Assembly (NCBI GenBank): GCA_965205505.1
Contig: CBDBHB010000008.1
Location: forward strand, 1,056,001-1,120,000
Length of the DNA: 64,000 nucleotides
Direction of reading: 5' to 3'
Source: Acidobacteriota bacterium
GTDB lineage: Bacteria; Acidobacteriota; UBA890; WLXD01
The position numbers and the translations under genes were made by a program. Of this stretch, positions 9,078 through 18,773 are shown in pieces. Numbering within the stretch: the first letter of the stretch is position 1; every line of letters begins with the position of its first letter. The notes beneath the pieces are model-generated. The model made no database searches and was not told the origin of the DNA. It saw only the letters and a program-made list of their open reading frames with translations.

Positions 9078-10877
9078 TCAGGGGTGAATGACGCTTCCCT
9101 CCTCAGCACCCATGTAGTTGGCCGCCGGAGTGTGCAGCATGTACGAATAAACGATTTCTCCGGCCGGGATGTGTGGCCGCTGGTCCGCCTGCCACGGCAG
9201 AACGGTGCGTAGGCCGGCCAGGGCGTCCTCCGCGGCCCGACCGAACGAACGGGCCGGGTTCTCCGCTTTGCGGACCTCGACCCAGTAGCTCGCCGAGAGC
9301 ATCTCCTCCGCGGTGATTCGGAGGGCGATATCCACGGCCTGTCGAGCCCGCGCTACACGTTGGCGAGTGTACGACTCCATGTCCTCGACATTTCGGACGA
9401 GGCTGAGGCCTTGCGCCGGTATTGGGTTCGTAAGAGTTTGGATCTCGGCCATCAGGTCCGAGATCGACCAGCTCGAGCCCCGCGAAGGTGCCTTGGCGCG
9501 CACTTCCGCGGAGAGCACATCGGCGGGCGCAATCACAGTGAAAAACGTGTCCGGGAAGCGCATGACACGCTGCACCGAGCTGGCCATACTCTCCGCCAGG
9601 GCCATCGAGAACGCCTGCAAGTCGTTAGCCATGGGCTGGGCCACGAAGTTCGCGTTCGAGAGGATGTAGCCGCCTTTGTCCGAGTACGGCCCGGGCTCCA
9701 CGTAGTAGCGTCTTAGCCAGGGGGTGTCGAGCTCCCACGAGTCGCTCGGTGCGGCGCCGGGCACCACGGCCGGGTTGTGGTCGGACGAGTTGATTTGGAT
9801 CAGGACGGTGCGCTTGAGCCGATCGTAGGCCTCCCATAGCGCGCCGCTTCGCTGGCTGTAGTCGCGAAAACTGAGCGGGTCCTGGATGATCCGGCCGCCG
9901 TCTTCCTCGTAGTCGAACAGGTAACTGCCGCGTATGAGATTCAGCAGGCGACGTGCCTGCATGTTCTGGAACGGGAAAGGCCTTGCCTTCTGTGGCACGG
10001 CGGTCAGCGGCGTGATGCTCGAGTTGAGGCCGAGCATGCTGGTTGCGAAGGTCAGCTCCGACCAGTCGAGCATGCGCTTGGCCTCATGGAGTAGGAGCGC
10101 GGCCTGGCCGGCCGAATAGGCGTTCGAGCTGGTGAGGGCCGCATTGTCGGCGGCGAAGGGCTCGAGCTCGTCCAGACCGGCCCTCTCCAGGGCCTCTGCC
10201 GCCGTCATGGGCTCACCCTTCCAGTACGCGTCGCCGACGCCAACCATCGTCCCGCCGACGTTGGACATCATCGGCAGGTCACCCTCGCCCGGCGAGCCAC
10301 GCGACCAGACGACAGGCGTGACCCGCTCATTGATCAGGTCGATGAGCATCTGCGTGAGACCTGGCGAGGCCGACTCGTAAACCATGGTGTTGGCGCGAAC
10401 GACCATCATCGCCCGCACGATTTCCTCTTCCCCGACCACCGGGCCGACCCCCGACCGCGCACCACGCCGGAAGCTGGCGAGCTGCCGATCTTTGAGCAGC
10501 TGCTCATTGTCGGGCCGGAGCGCGTCCCCCTCGAAGATGACCGTTTCGCGCCCTGAACCAGCGCCACGATTGAAGAAGTAGATGGGGATGTTTTGGCGCG
10601 TGCCCTCGAGCAGGAGGTTGTAGGCGTCGAGCGAGCGCTGACGTGCCGCCGTGCCGTACTCCACCTTCGCCCCGCGGCGCGCTACCGCAACGACCTCGTC
10701 GATCGTGAGGTCCTTGCCGGTGAGGATGATCGTCGTACCTGTGTCGGACGGGTTGATTGGGCTCATCGCCGCCGCTCGAGTGGCGACGGTCGGGGGCGCG
10801 GACGCTTGAGTGGCGACGGCCGCGGTCGCGATCGCCAGCGTCGCTACGAGCCCGCCCAACAGACTGTGTGGCTTCAT
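9078..10877 (-). CDS. Aromatic amino acid lyase (HAL/PAL) superfamily protein with signal peptide; MIO motif replaced
   Basis: LTGKDLTIDEVVAVAR, VRAMMVVRANT, GSPGEGDL, QDPLSFR, QINSSDHNP, NVEDM. Confidence 0.8.
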   Translation of the reverse strand: MKPHSLLGGLVATLAIATAAVATQASAPPTVATRAAAMSPINPSDTGTTIILTGKDLTIDEVVAVARRGAKVEYGTAARQRSLDAYNLLLEGTRQNIPIYFFNRGAGSGRETVIFEGDALRPDNEQLLKDRQLASFRRGARSGVGPVVGEEEIVRAMMVVRANTMVYESASPGLTQMLIDLINERVTPVVWSRGSPGEGDLPMMSNVGGTMVGVGDAYWKGEPMTAAEALERAGLDELEPFAADNAALTSSNAYSAGQAALLLHEAKRMLDWSELTFATSMLGLNSSITPLTAVPQKARPFPFQNMQARRLLNLIRGSYLFDYEEDGGRIIQDPLSFRDYSQRSGALWEAYDRLKRTVLIQINSSDHNPAVVPGAAPSDSWELDTPWLRRYYVEPGPYSDKGGYILSNANFVAQPMANDLQAFSMALAESMASSVQRVMRFPDTFFTVIAPADVLSAEVRAKAPSRGSSWSISDLMAEIQTLTNPIPAQGLSLVRNVEDMESYTRQRVARARQAVDIALRITAEEMLSASYWVEVRKAENPARSFGRAAEDALAGLRTVLPWQADQRPHIPAGEIVYSYMLHTPAANYMGAEEGSVIHP

Positions 10878-10924
10878 CGCACGTATCCTCGCCTGGTGAA
10901 GTTGCAGAGCCTGACAGCTGACGC

Positions 10925-11140
10925 CGCGGCTTTTTCGGTGGCGGTCAGCGGCGGACCGTCGCAACGTTGACCCAGCTCGACCACGGGCCGGAGAGGCATG
11001 GGTGGCCTCAGCTTCTACCTGGCGGAGAGGCGTTGCTGTTTACCGCCGAGCAGGAGGGCGATGATACCAGCACTGGGGTACTTGATCCAAAGAATGGGAA
11101 TCGGAAGGTGGTGATGCGGGGCGCATCTCACGGACGCTAG
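10925..11140 (+). pseudogene. Fragment of the TolB-like propeller of a Ser/Thr kinase-TolB protein
   Basis: LTQLDHGPERHGWPQLLPGGEALLFT...VLDPKNGNRKVVMRGA resembles the HRWPQxLPGGxAxLFT repeat. Confidence 0.55.
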
Positions 11141-11197
11141 AATACGGCACCTCGTCAGCCATCTCGCGGCGACGAGGAGACCCACGAGGAGACTGGC

Positions 11198-12514
11198 ATG
11201 ATCAAATCGGGGACTGCAATAGTCGGCGTTCTTCTGCTGGTGGCGGCTACTCCCCAGGGGCAAGAAGCCCCGGGCGGCCAGTTCTGGGCGCGCTGGCGCG
11301 GCCCCCTCAACACCGGCGTGTCGCCGACCGCCAACCCGCCCCTCGCATGGAGCGAATCTGAGAACATCCGCTGGAAAGTGGAGATTCCCGGCCGAGGTTT
11401 CGCCTCACCGGTCGTGTGGGATGATCGTATCTTCGTGACGACGGCGGTCCCGGCGGACCTTGCGGGGGATGCCCAACACGACCCGCGGGGAGGCGAGGCA
11501 TCACGCGGTGTGCATCGATTCGTCGTCATGGCGATCGATCGAGAAACAGGTCGCACAATCTGGGAACGGATCGCGCGCGAGCAGGAACCGCACGAGGCGG
11601 GACACCCGGCCAACAGCACCTGGGCATCAAGCTCGCCTGTGACGGATGGGGAACGCGTCTACGCCTACTTCGAGTCGTTCGGTCTTTACGCCTACGACAT
11701 GGACGGCGCGCTGATTTGGGAGACGGACTTCGGCGACAAGGGGATGCGGAATGAGTTCGGCGAGGGATCGACGCCGGCGCTGTTCGGCAACACGCTCGTC
11801 ATCGTCTGGGACCACCTGCACGGGAACTCTTCTGTCATCGCCGTGGACGCCCGCACGGGCGAAGAGCTGTGGCGCGTGCCGCGAGATGAAATCGACACGT
11901 GGGCGACCCCGATCATTCTGGACGTCAACGGACACCCGCAGGTAATCGTGCCCGCCATGGAGCGCGTTCGGAGCTACGACCTCGAGAACGGGAGCGTCGT
12001 CTGGGAAAGCGACGGTCTGACGATGAACGCCATTCCCTCTCCGGTGTACGAGAACGGTCTGGTGTTCCTCATGAGCGGCTTCAGGGGAAACGACCTCAAG
12101 GCCATCCGCGTGGCCGGCGCGCGCGGCGACGTCGATGGGACGGATGCCATCGTCTGGACGCTGGACCGTGACACGCCGTACGTACCGTCGCCGGTGCTCA
12201 TCGATGGCATTCTGTATTTCCTGAAGAGCAACTCAGGTGTCCTGTCGGCGCTCGACGCCGCGACAGGCGTGCCGCACTATCGGAACCAGCGGCTTGACGG
12301 TCTCTCGAGCGTCTTTTCCTCGCCCGTGGCGGCCGAGGGACGCGTGTACTTTACTGGGCACGACGGGACCACGGTGGTGGTCCGTTCTGGGGCGGAGTTC
12401 GAGGTGTTGGCCACAAACACGCTGGATGACGGCTTCGACGCCTCGCCCGCCCTCGTGAACAACAACATCTACCTGCGCGGATACCAGTACCTCTACGCGA
12501 TCAGCGAACAGTGA
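11198..12514 (+). CDS. PQQ-binding-like beta-propeller repeat protein, secreted
   Basis: WARWRGP, WSESENIRWK, ASSSPVTDG, TPYVPSP, FSSPVAAEG. Confidence 0.85.
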   Translation: MIKSGTAIVGVLLLVAATPQGQEAPGGQFWARWRGPLNTGVSPTANPPLAWSESENIRWKVEIPGRGFASPVVWDDRIFVTTAVPADLAGDAQHDPRGGEASRGVHRFVVMAIDRETGRTIWERIAREQEPHEAGHPANSTWASSSPVTDGERVYAYFESFGLYAYDMDGALIWETDFGDKGMRNEFGEGSTPALFGNTLVIVWDHLHGNSSVIAVDARTGEELWRVPRDEIDTWATPIILDVNGHPQVIVPAMERVRSYDLENGSVVWESDGLTMNAIPSPVYENGLVFLMSGFRGNDLKAIRVAGARGDVDGTDAIVWTLDRDTPYVPSPVLIDGILYFLKSNSGVLSALDAATGVPHYRNQRLDGLSSVFSSPVAAEGRVYFTGHDGTTVVVRSGAEFEVLATNTLDDGFDASPALVNNNIYLRGYQYLYAISEQ

Positions 12515-12533
12515 GCACGCCGGTACGTCCAAG

Positions 12534-12850
12534 TTGACGGCGTGGCTGCTCAGACCCGATCCTGTGGAACGTCGGCGCGAGATGGCACCGGGCAGCCCGT
12601 GGCTGACTGCGGGCCTGCTCGCCGTCAGCCTACTGCTCGGCATCGCAGTCCTCGAGGTGGGGGTGCGTCTTCTGATCCCGGTCCGAAACGTCGGGCTCTC
12701 GTTCACCGTCTACGACCCCGTCTATGGACGACGGCTCAAGCAAGACGCCTCGATCCGGCGGATCACGCCCGGGTTCACGATGCAGCTGACAACGAACTCT
12801 CTCGGCCATCGTGGGCCCGAGCCACGCGAACCGCTCGACGTTCCCATCCT
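12534..12850 (+). pseudogene. Truncated N-terminus of a membrane-anchored SGNH-like protein
   Basis: TM followed by LEVGVR...YDPVYG...TTNSLGHRGPE, then similarity is lost. Confidence 0.4.
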
Positions 12851-12999
12851 CTGGACGCCCGCGTCGCCCTGGGCCGAGTGTTGCTCGCCGGCCTCGCTTC
12901 TCCCTTGGATCCACGTAAGCTCCAGCGATAGGCTTCAGGCGCTTACCCACCCTGGCTCGGGAGCGCCATCGTGACCGCCGTCCACCGGAGAACAGCGAG

Positions 13000-14823
13000 A
13001 TGGCTATGAAGACGATTCGGATCCTAACCCTGATACTTCTTGTCCCGGTCTCTGCAGCTGTGGCGCAGCAGTCCCGCCTGCCCGCGACAGCCGTGCAGGT
13101 CGCCCGGCCCGGAGGGAAGTTGCCGGGCAACGTCCAGATCTCGCTCGTCAAGATCGCGGACGGCTTTCAGGACCCGACCAATGTTGCCAGCGCCGGGGAC
13201 GGCACGGGCCGGATCTTCGTGGTCGAGCGCGCCGGCCGGGTGCGGATCGTCCACTGGGACGGGCGAGTACAGAAGGAGCCGTTTCTCGATCTCACCAACA
13301 TCAATCCCCTGGGGAGCGACGTGCAAACGGGCTTCGTCGAGCAGGGGCTTTACGCGATCGCGTTCCATCCCAGTTTCAGGGAGAACGGGTATTTCTATGC
13401 GCACTACGCGTCGCTGCCGTTCAACGGAGACGGGGTGATCGTGCGTTTCCAGGTCGACCCCGAGAGCCCGAACATCGTGACGGCGGAGCGCACACGCCAG
13501 ACCGCGAAGGTCCTGATGCGGATCGAGCAGCCGTACTACAACCACAACGGCGGGCAGATCGAGTTCGGTCCCGACGGCTATCTCTACATCGGGTCCGGGG
13601 ACGGCGGTTGGGAAGGTGATCCACTGGAGGCTGGGCAGGATCTCTCGACGCTGCTCGGCAAGATGATCAGGATCGACGTCGACACCTCCGACAACGATCG
13701 CATCCCCTACAGAATTCCCGAGACGAACCCCCTAGCCAGCGCCAGTGACGAGCGGCTGATGCAGCTTTTCGGAATCTCGGAGCTCGAATTCTCGAAAATC
13801 AAGACGAGGGGACGCCCGGAAATCTGGGCTTACGGGGTGCGCAACCCATACGAGTTCTCCTTCGACCTGAAGACGGGCGATCTGTACATCGCCGACGTCG
13901 GACAGAACCACTGGGAGGAGATCATCTTCCAGCCCTCGGCGAGCCGTGGAGGAGAAAACTATGGCTGGCCGAGGATGAACGGAACGAAGTGCTACCCCAT
14001 GACGGGCGCTTCCGACCAGTGCCCGCAGGTGGGATTGCTGCCGGCAGCGGAGTATCCGCACGAAGTCCCTTACCCGGGCGCAGCGCCGCTCACGGGAGGC
14101 TTTGGCTGCTCGGTGCAGGGACTGGGGGTGGCGAATTACGGCGGAATGAACGGGGTTTATCTCGTGGGGGACTGGTGCTCGGGGCGTGTCTTCGGTCTCG
14201 GATGGGACGGCGAGCGCTGGCAGCTCGAGGAGCTCCTGCAGACGAACCTGCAGTTCACAGCCGGCGGCTATGACGAAGACGGGTTCGTCCTCGCCGTCAA
14301 CTGCAACTGCTTCTACACGTCGGACCGCGGTCCCGCCGCGAATCCGCCGGGCTCGCTCTGGCGCATCGTCCCGTCGAGGGAAGTCGGGCCCGGCACCGAG
14401 GTCGCAAGAGTGGTCACCGCGGATTCGACGGGCGCAGTGGAGGGCGGCGGTCCCCTGGTGTTTCGGAACGCCTTGGATGACACGCCGCTGGATTTCAACA
14501 GCGAGCCGGAGGCAAGCCTGTCCGCGACGATCCGGCAATTCCGGGATTCCGGGCTGAATCCCTACAACGGGAATGCGACGGCCGTCGGCGAGGGAAGGAC
14601 GACCTATCTCCAGGAGTGCGCCTCCTGTCACCTGGAGGACGGTACCGGCCGCATCGGGTCGAGCCTCGTCGACGATCAATACACTCACGCGCGCGTCTCC
14701 ACGGACGTCGGGATGTTCGAGGTGATCTACGCCGGCGGGGTGGGCGCGATGCAGCCCGCCGCCGGCCGCATCACCCTCGACGAGATGCTGAAGATCATGG
14801 CGTTTCTCGACTCGTTGAAGTGA
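13000..14823 (+). CDS. PQQ-dependent sugar dehydrogenase (GSDH) fused to a C-terminal cytochrome cL-like domain
   Basis: NHNGGQIEFGPDGYLYIGSGDGG, YGVRNPY, NYGWP; C-terminal NPY...CASCH...DVGMFEVIYAG. Confidence 0.85.
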   Translation: MAMKTIRILTLILLVPVSAAVAQQSRLPATAVQVARPGGKLPGNVQISLVKIADGFQDPTNVASAGDGTGRIFVVERAGRVRIVHWDGRVQKEPFLDLTNINPLGSDVQTGFVEQGLYAIAFHPSFRENGYFYAHYASLPFNGDGVIVRFQVDPESPNIVTAERTRQTAKVLMRIEQPYYNHNGGQIEFGPDGYLYIGSGDGGWEGDPLEAGQDLSTLLGKMIRIDVDTSDNDRIPYRIPETNPLASASDERLMQLFGISELEFSKIKTRGRPEIWAYGVRNPYEFSFDLKTGDLYIADVGQNHWEEIIFQPSASRGGENYGWPRMNGTKCYPMTGASDQCPQVGLLPAAEYPHEVPYPGAAPLTGGFGCSVQGLGVANYGGMNGVYLVGDWCSGRVFGLGWDGERWQLEELLQTNLQFTAGGYDEDGFVLAVNCNCFYTSDRGPAANPPGSLWRIVPSREVGPGTEVARVVTADSTGAVEGGGPLVFRNALDDTPLDFNSEPEASLSATIRQFRDSGLNPYNGNATAVGEGRTTYLQECASCHLEDGTGRIGSSLVDDQYTHARVSTDVGMFEVIYAGGVGAMQPAAGRITLDEMLKIMAFLDSLK

Positions 14824-14942
14824 TGACAAACGAGCGTGCCGCCTCTGTGCGGACGCGTCGGCGTGCAGCGATCTGGTAAGAATACCGCTTCGGGGGATCT
14901 GCTTACCGAAAGCGATGTGGATCTCCAGAGATTGGAGCGCCC

Positions 14943-17249
14943 GTGACAACAAGCTCCTTGAACCATGGCGGTGCTGTGCCTACGCGCCTCGCGCGCCTGT
15001 TGGTGGTGACCTGTGCGTTGCTTCCGGCAGCGTGGATCCCAATGGCCGAGGCAGCCGTTGGAGGGATCACGGCGGGGGCACAGGTGCCGGGCGCCGTCGA
15101 CGCGGAGAAGTCCGTCGCTGCAACCCGGGTGACCGTCGCGCCGACGCTCGACGGTCGCCTCGACGACCAGGTCTGGACGGAAGCGGTCGTGGCCTCTGAA
15201 TTCCGCCAGCGGGAGCCGATCGAGGGAGCGCCGGCATCCGAGAGAACCGAGGTTCGCATCCTCTACGACGACGACAACCTCTACTTGGGGTTCGTTCTCT
15301 TCGATAGCGACCCGAGCGGGATTCGCGCCACCCAGCTGCGACGCGACAGCCTCCGGCTTCGCACCCAGCGGCCGGGCAGAGGTACTGGTGGAGACGGCGC
15401 CGGAGCCGCAGCGGCCGGACGATCCGACGACACCGTGAGCGTGATCCTGGACACCTTTCACGATCATCGCAACGCCTTCGTGTTCACCGTCAACGCGTTG
15501 GGCACGCGCAGCGATGCGACGGTGCGAAACGAGCGCGAGGTCAATCAGGATTGGGATGAGCGCTGGGAGGCGGCGGCCCAGATCACCGACCGGGGATGGG
15601 AGGCCGAGATGAGCATTCCCTGGGCCAGCTTGCGTTATGCGCAGGGCAATCCGATATGGGGGATCGACTTTCGGCGCCAGATTCGTCGCAAGAACGAGGA
15701 GGTTGTTTGGAGCAACTACGTCCAGGACTACGAGTTCACGACGATTTCCCAGGCGGGCCAGTTGCGGGGCCTTATGGACCTGCGACTGACGGGGCGTTTT
15801 CGCCTCAAGCCCTATGTGCTCGGTGGATACGATTCCTTCCAGCAGCGGGAGGCCCCGATCTCGGAGAGCTCTGCCGCGTTCGGCATCGAGGACTTCAAGA
15901 TCAAGCTGACCTCAAACCTCACCTCGCAGCTGACGTTCAACACCGATTTCGCCCAGGTGGAGGTCGACGAGCAGAGGGTTAACCTGACGCGATTCTCGCT
16001 TTTCTTCCCGGAGAAGCGCGAGTTCTTCCTGGAGGCGGCCAACAGCTTCAGCTTCGGCAACACGGAAGGCGGGCTCGGAAGCCCGCCCCCATCGCGACTG
16101 TTTTTCTCGCGACGCATCGGCCTGGATGAGGATGGCAACTCGCTGCCGATCGATTTCGGCGCCAAGCTGACGGGCAAGATCGGTCGCGGAAACCTCGGCT
16201 TCTTGAACGTCCAGACGGGAGACTCGCAGTTCGGCGAGGGCCGCAACTACAGCGCCTTGCGATGGCGTCAGGATCTGCTGGCTCGATCGAGCGTCGGTGC
16301 CTTCGTCTCCAACGTTCAGGGGCCCGGAGGGGACACCAACCGGGTCGCTGGTCTCGATGCCAACTTCACCTTTCTCGACCACCTCAATATCTCCGGCTTC
16401 GCCGCCACGGCGCGCGACAACGAGGTCGAGGGTGACTCCTGGATCGGACACTTCCAAACGCGCTGGGAGAGCGATCTATGGGAGGCGAACGCCGAGATCA
16501 TGGTGATCGAGGAGGACTTTCGCACCGACCTCGGCTTCATCCCTCGCACCGATATCATCAAACAGAGGCTCACCGGCAGCTACAAGCCGCGGCCGGGGTT
16601 GTCGTGGTTGCGTCAAGTGGAGATCAATCCGGTCTTCGATCGCAACACCACGACTGACGGGCAGCTAGTGACGCGCACCAGCATGTTGCTGACCCGTGTC
16701 ATCTTCGAGTCTGGCGACTCGTTCTTCGCGACCATTCGCAATCGTTTCGAGTTGCTCGATGTTCCCTTCGACGTTCATCCGACCGTCACGATTCCCGCTG
16801 GCGGATACGACTTCAACCAATGGTCGATCACCTTCAGCAGCTATCCGGGTCGGCGAGTCAGCGGTGGCTTGTCGATCCGGACCGGTGAGTTCTTCGACGG
16901 CGACAGGCTTTTCCTAACCCCGCGGTTGAGCCTGAGGATGAACGAGAACTTCAGCCTGCGCGCCGACTACAGCCGCAACTGGGTCAATCTTCCCGGCGGG
17001 TCGTTCGTCGTTCATCTGGCGCGACTGCGCGCCGACGTTTCGTTCTCAGATCGATGGCTCACCGACGCGTTGGTGCAATACGACAGCGTGACCGACGAGA
17101 TCTCGGTGTTCGGTCGTCTCCGCTACATCTATCGCATCGGCGACAGCTTCTATCTGGTGTATCGGCAGACACGCCGTGTCAGCGGCGAGTTCTCTGGACT
17201 CGAAGACCGGTCCTTGACCACAAAGATGACCTACGCGTTTCAATGGTAG
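14943..17249 (+). CDS. CBM9-like plus DUF5916 outer-membrane protein
   Basis: LDGRLDD, TEVRILYD, NTDFAQVEVD, NLTRFSLFFPEKREFFLE, FFSRRIG; C-terminal aromatic residue. Confidence 0.85.
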   Translation: MTTSSLNHGGAVPTRLARLLVVTCALLPAAWIPMAEAAVGGITAGAQVPGAVDAEKSVAATRVTVAPTLDGRLDDQVWTEAVVASEFRQREPIEGAPASERTEVRILYDDDNLYLGFVLFDSDPSGIRATQLRRDSLRLRTQRPGRGTGGDGAGAAAAGRSDDTVSVILDTFHDHRNAFVFTVNALGTRSDATVRNEREVNQDWDERWEAAAQITDRGWEAEMSIPWASLRYAQGNPIWGIDFRRQIRRKNEEVVWSNYVQDYEFTTISQAGQLRGLMDLRLTGRFRLKPYVLGGYDSFQQREAPISESSAAFGIEDFKIKLTSNLTSQLTFNTDFAQVEVDEQRVNLTRFSLFFPEKREFFLEAANSFSFGNTEGGLGSPPPSRLFFSRRIGLDEDGNSLPIDFGAKLTGKIGRGNLGFLNVQTGDSQFGEGRNYSALRWRQDLLARSSVGAFVSNVQGPGGDTNRVAGLDANFTFLDHLNISGFAATARDNEVEGDSWIGHFQTRWESDLWEANAEIMVIEEDFRTDLGFIPRTDIIKQRLTGSYKPRPGLSWLRQVEINPVFDRNTTTDGQLVTRTSMLLTRVIFESGDSFFATIRNRFELLDVPFDVHPTVTIPAGGYDFNQWSITFSSYPGRRVSGGLSIRTGEFFDGDRLFLTPRLSLRMNENFSLRADYSRNWVNLPGGSFVVHLARLRADVSFSDRWLTDALVQYDSVTDEISVFGRLRYIYRIGDSFYLVYRQTRRVSGEFSGLEDRSLTTKMTYAFQW

Positions 17250-17325
17250 TTTGGCCCTTCGCAGCCGCTGAGCTGCCCGGCGCTGTCTGGCACGCCGTGG
17301 ACCGACCTCACCAAGGATCCGTAGC

Positions 17326-18600
17326 GTGTTGAGTACCGAGCCCTTCTGGCGCAGCCAATTTCCGCGGCCCGACGACTTGCCGGTCTCGGCCACCCTGCCG
17401 GAACGGGTTGACGTTGCGATTGTCGGTGGCGGCTATACGGGTCTCAACGCGGCGCGCGTGCTCGCGATGAGTGGGGCCACCGTCTCCGTCCTCGAGCGGG
17501 AGACCATAGGGTGGGGAGCGAGCTCTCGTAACGGCGGCCTGGCAACTCCTGGCATCAAGCGCCCCATCAAATCCATCCTCGCTAAGTACGGCGAGGCTCT
17601 AGGCCGGACGTTTTGGCAGGCGTCGCTGGATGCCATCGACCTCGTGGAAGAGATTGTCACGACCGAAGGCATCGACTGCGGTTGGCAGCGTCACGGCCAT
17701 GTTTACCTCGCCTGCAAACGAGCGCACTTTGCCGCCATGCAGAAAAGCGTCGCGTGGTACCGGAACACGCTCGGACACGAGGTCACGGTGGTGGCTCCCT
17801 CCGACCTCTACACCGAGATCGGAAGCCGCGTCTTCCACGGCGGTTTGACCGATGCTTTCAGCGGAGGGCTCCAGCCCGCGAAGTACGTCTACGGCCTGGC
17901 GAAGGCGGCCGCACATCATGGCGCCCATCTTCATGAAAAGGCGGACGTGCAGCGTATTACACGTCGAGGCAAAGGCTTCGATCTCCAAACGCGCCTGGGT
18001 ATGCTCGAAGCGCAGGATGTGCTCATCGCCACGAACGGCTATACGGATCGGCTCGTGCCGGCTCTCAAGCCGAGAGTCTTTCCAGTCGGGAGCTACATCA
18101 TCGTCACCGAGCCTTTGCCACGGGAACTGCAAGAGGAGCTGAGCCCCAAGGGCCGCATGTTCTACGACTCCAAGAACTTCCTCAACTACTTCCGCCTGAC
18201 ACCGGACGGGCGCATGCTTTGGGGTGGCCGTAACGACCTCAGCACGGACCTCGACCTGCAGCGAAGTGCGGACGCGCTGAAGGCGCAATTGCTTCACACG
18301 TTCCCGCAGCTCGAGGGCGTTGCTTTGACCCACAGCTGGACGGGTAGGCTCGGCATCACCTTCGATCTAATGCCGCATATCGGCCGCGTCAATGGTGTGC
18401 ACTATGCCTTCGGCTATGGTGGACACGGCCTAACGATCGCGACCTATCTCGGTACGGAAGTGGGCAAGTTGCTAACGGCACAAATAACGACGAGTCCTTT
18501 CGCGGAAATACCCCACGAAACGAAGTTCTACTATCGTGACGAGCCCTGGTTCATCCCGCTCGCGGCGCGTTACTACCGTTTGCTCGACTGGGTCAGCTAG
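17326..18600 (+). CDS. FAD-dependent oxidoreductase (PuuB/DAO-like)
   Basis: DVAIVGGGYTGL, GASSRNGG, YFRLTPDGR, GYGGHG. Confidence 0.85.
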   Translation: MLSTEPFWRSQFPRPDDLPVSATLPERVDVAIVGGGYTGLNAARVLAMSGATVSVLERETIGWGASSRNGGLATPGIKRPIKSILAKYGEALGRTFWQASLDAIDLVEEIVTTEGIDCGWQRHGHVYLACKRAHFAAMQKSVAWYRNTLGHEVTVVAPSDLYTEIGSRVFHGGLTDAFSGGLQPAKYVYGLAKAAAHHGAHLHEKADVQRITRRGKGFDLQTRLGMLEAQDVLIATNGYTDRLVPALKPRVFPVGSYIIVTEPLPRELQEELSPKGRMFYDSKNFLNYFRLTPDGRMLWGGRNDLSTDLDLQRSADALKAQLLHTFPQLEGVALTHSWTGRLGITFDLMPHIGRVNGVHYAFGYGGHGLTIATYLGTEVGKLLTAQITTSPFAEIPHETKFYYRDEPWFIPLAARYYRLLDWVS

Positions 18601-18629
18601 CGAGTTGCTCGACTGGGTCAGTTAGCGAG
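18580..18629. repeat. 25-bp tandem duplication across the stop codon of the oxidoreductase
   Basis: TTGCTCGACTGGGTCAGCTAGCGAG / TTGCTCGACTGGGTCAGTTAGCGAG. Confidence 0.85.
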
Positions 18630-18773
18630 CCACTCGCCATCCCCGCTATCGCGGTCATCTCCCAGCACGTCAGGACGCGGTTGCCAAGCTCCGGCCACGC
18701 GCGACCCGTAGTGCTCTCCGGCTCGAAATCGACTGTCGAGCCCGCGGGCCTGAAAACTGTAACGTAACGAGTA

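Noticed and set aside
14865-14915. Possible IS end remnant (CAGCGATCTGGTAAGAATACCG)
   Set aside because: No partner repeat or transposase in the window, so it cannot be supported.
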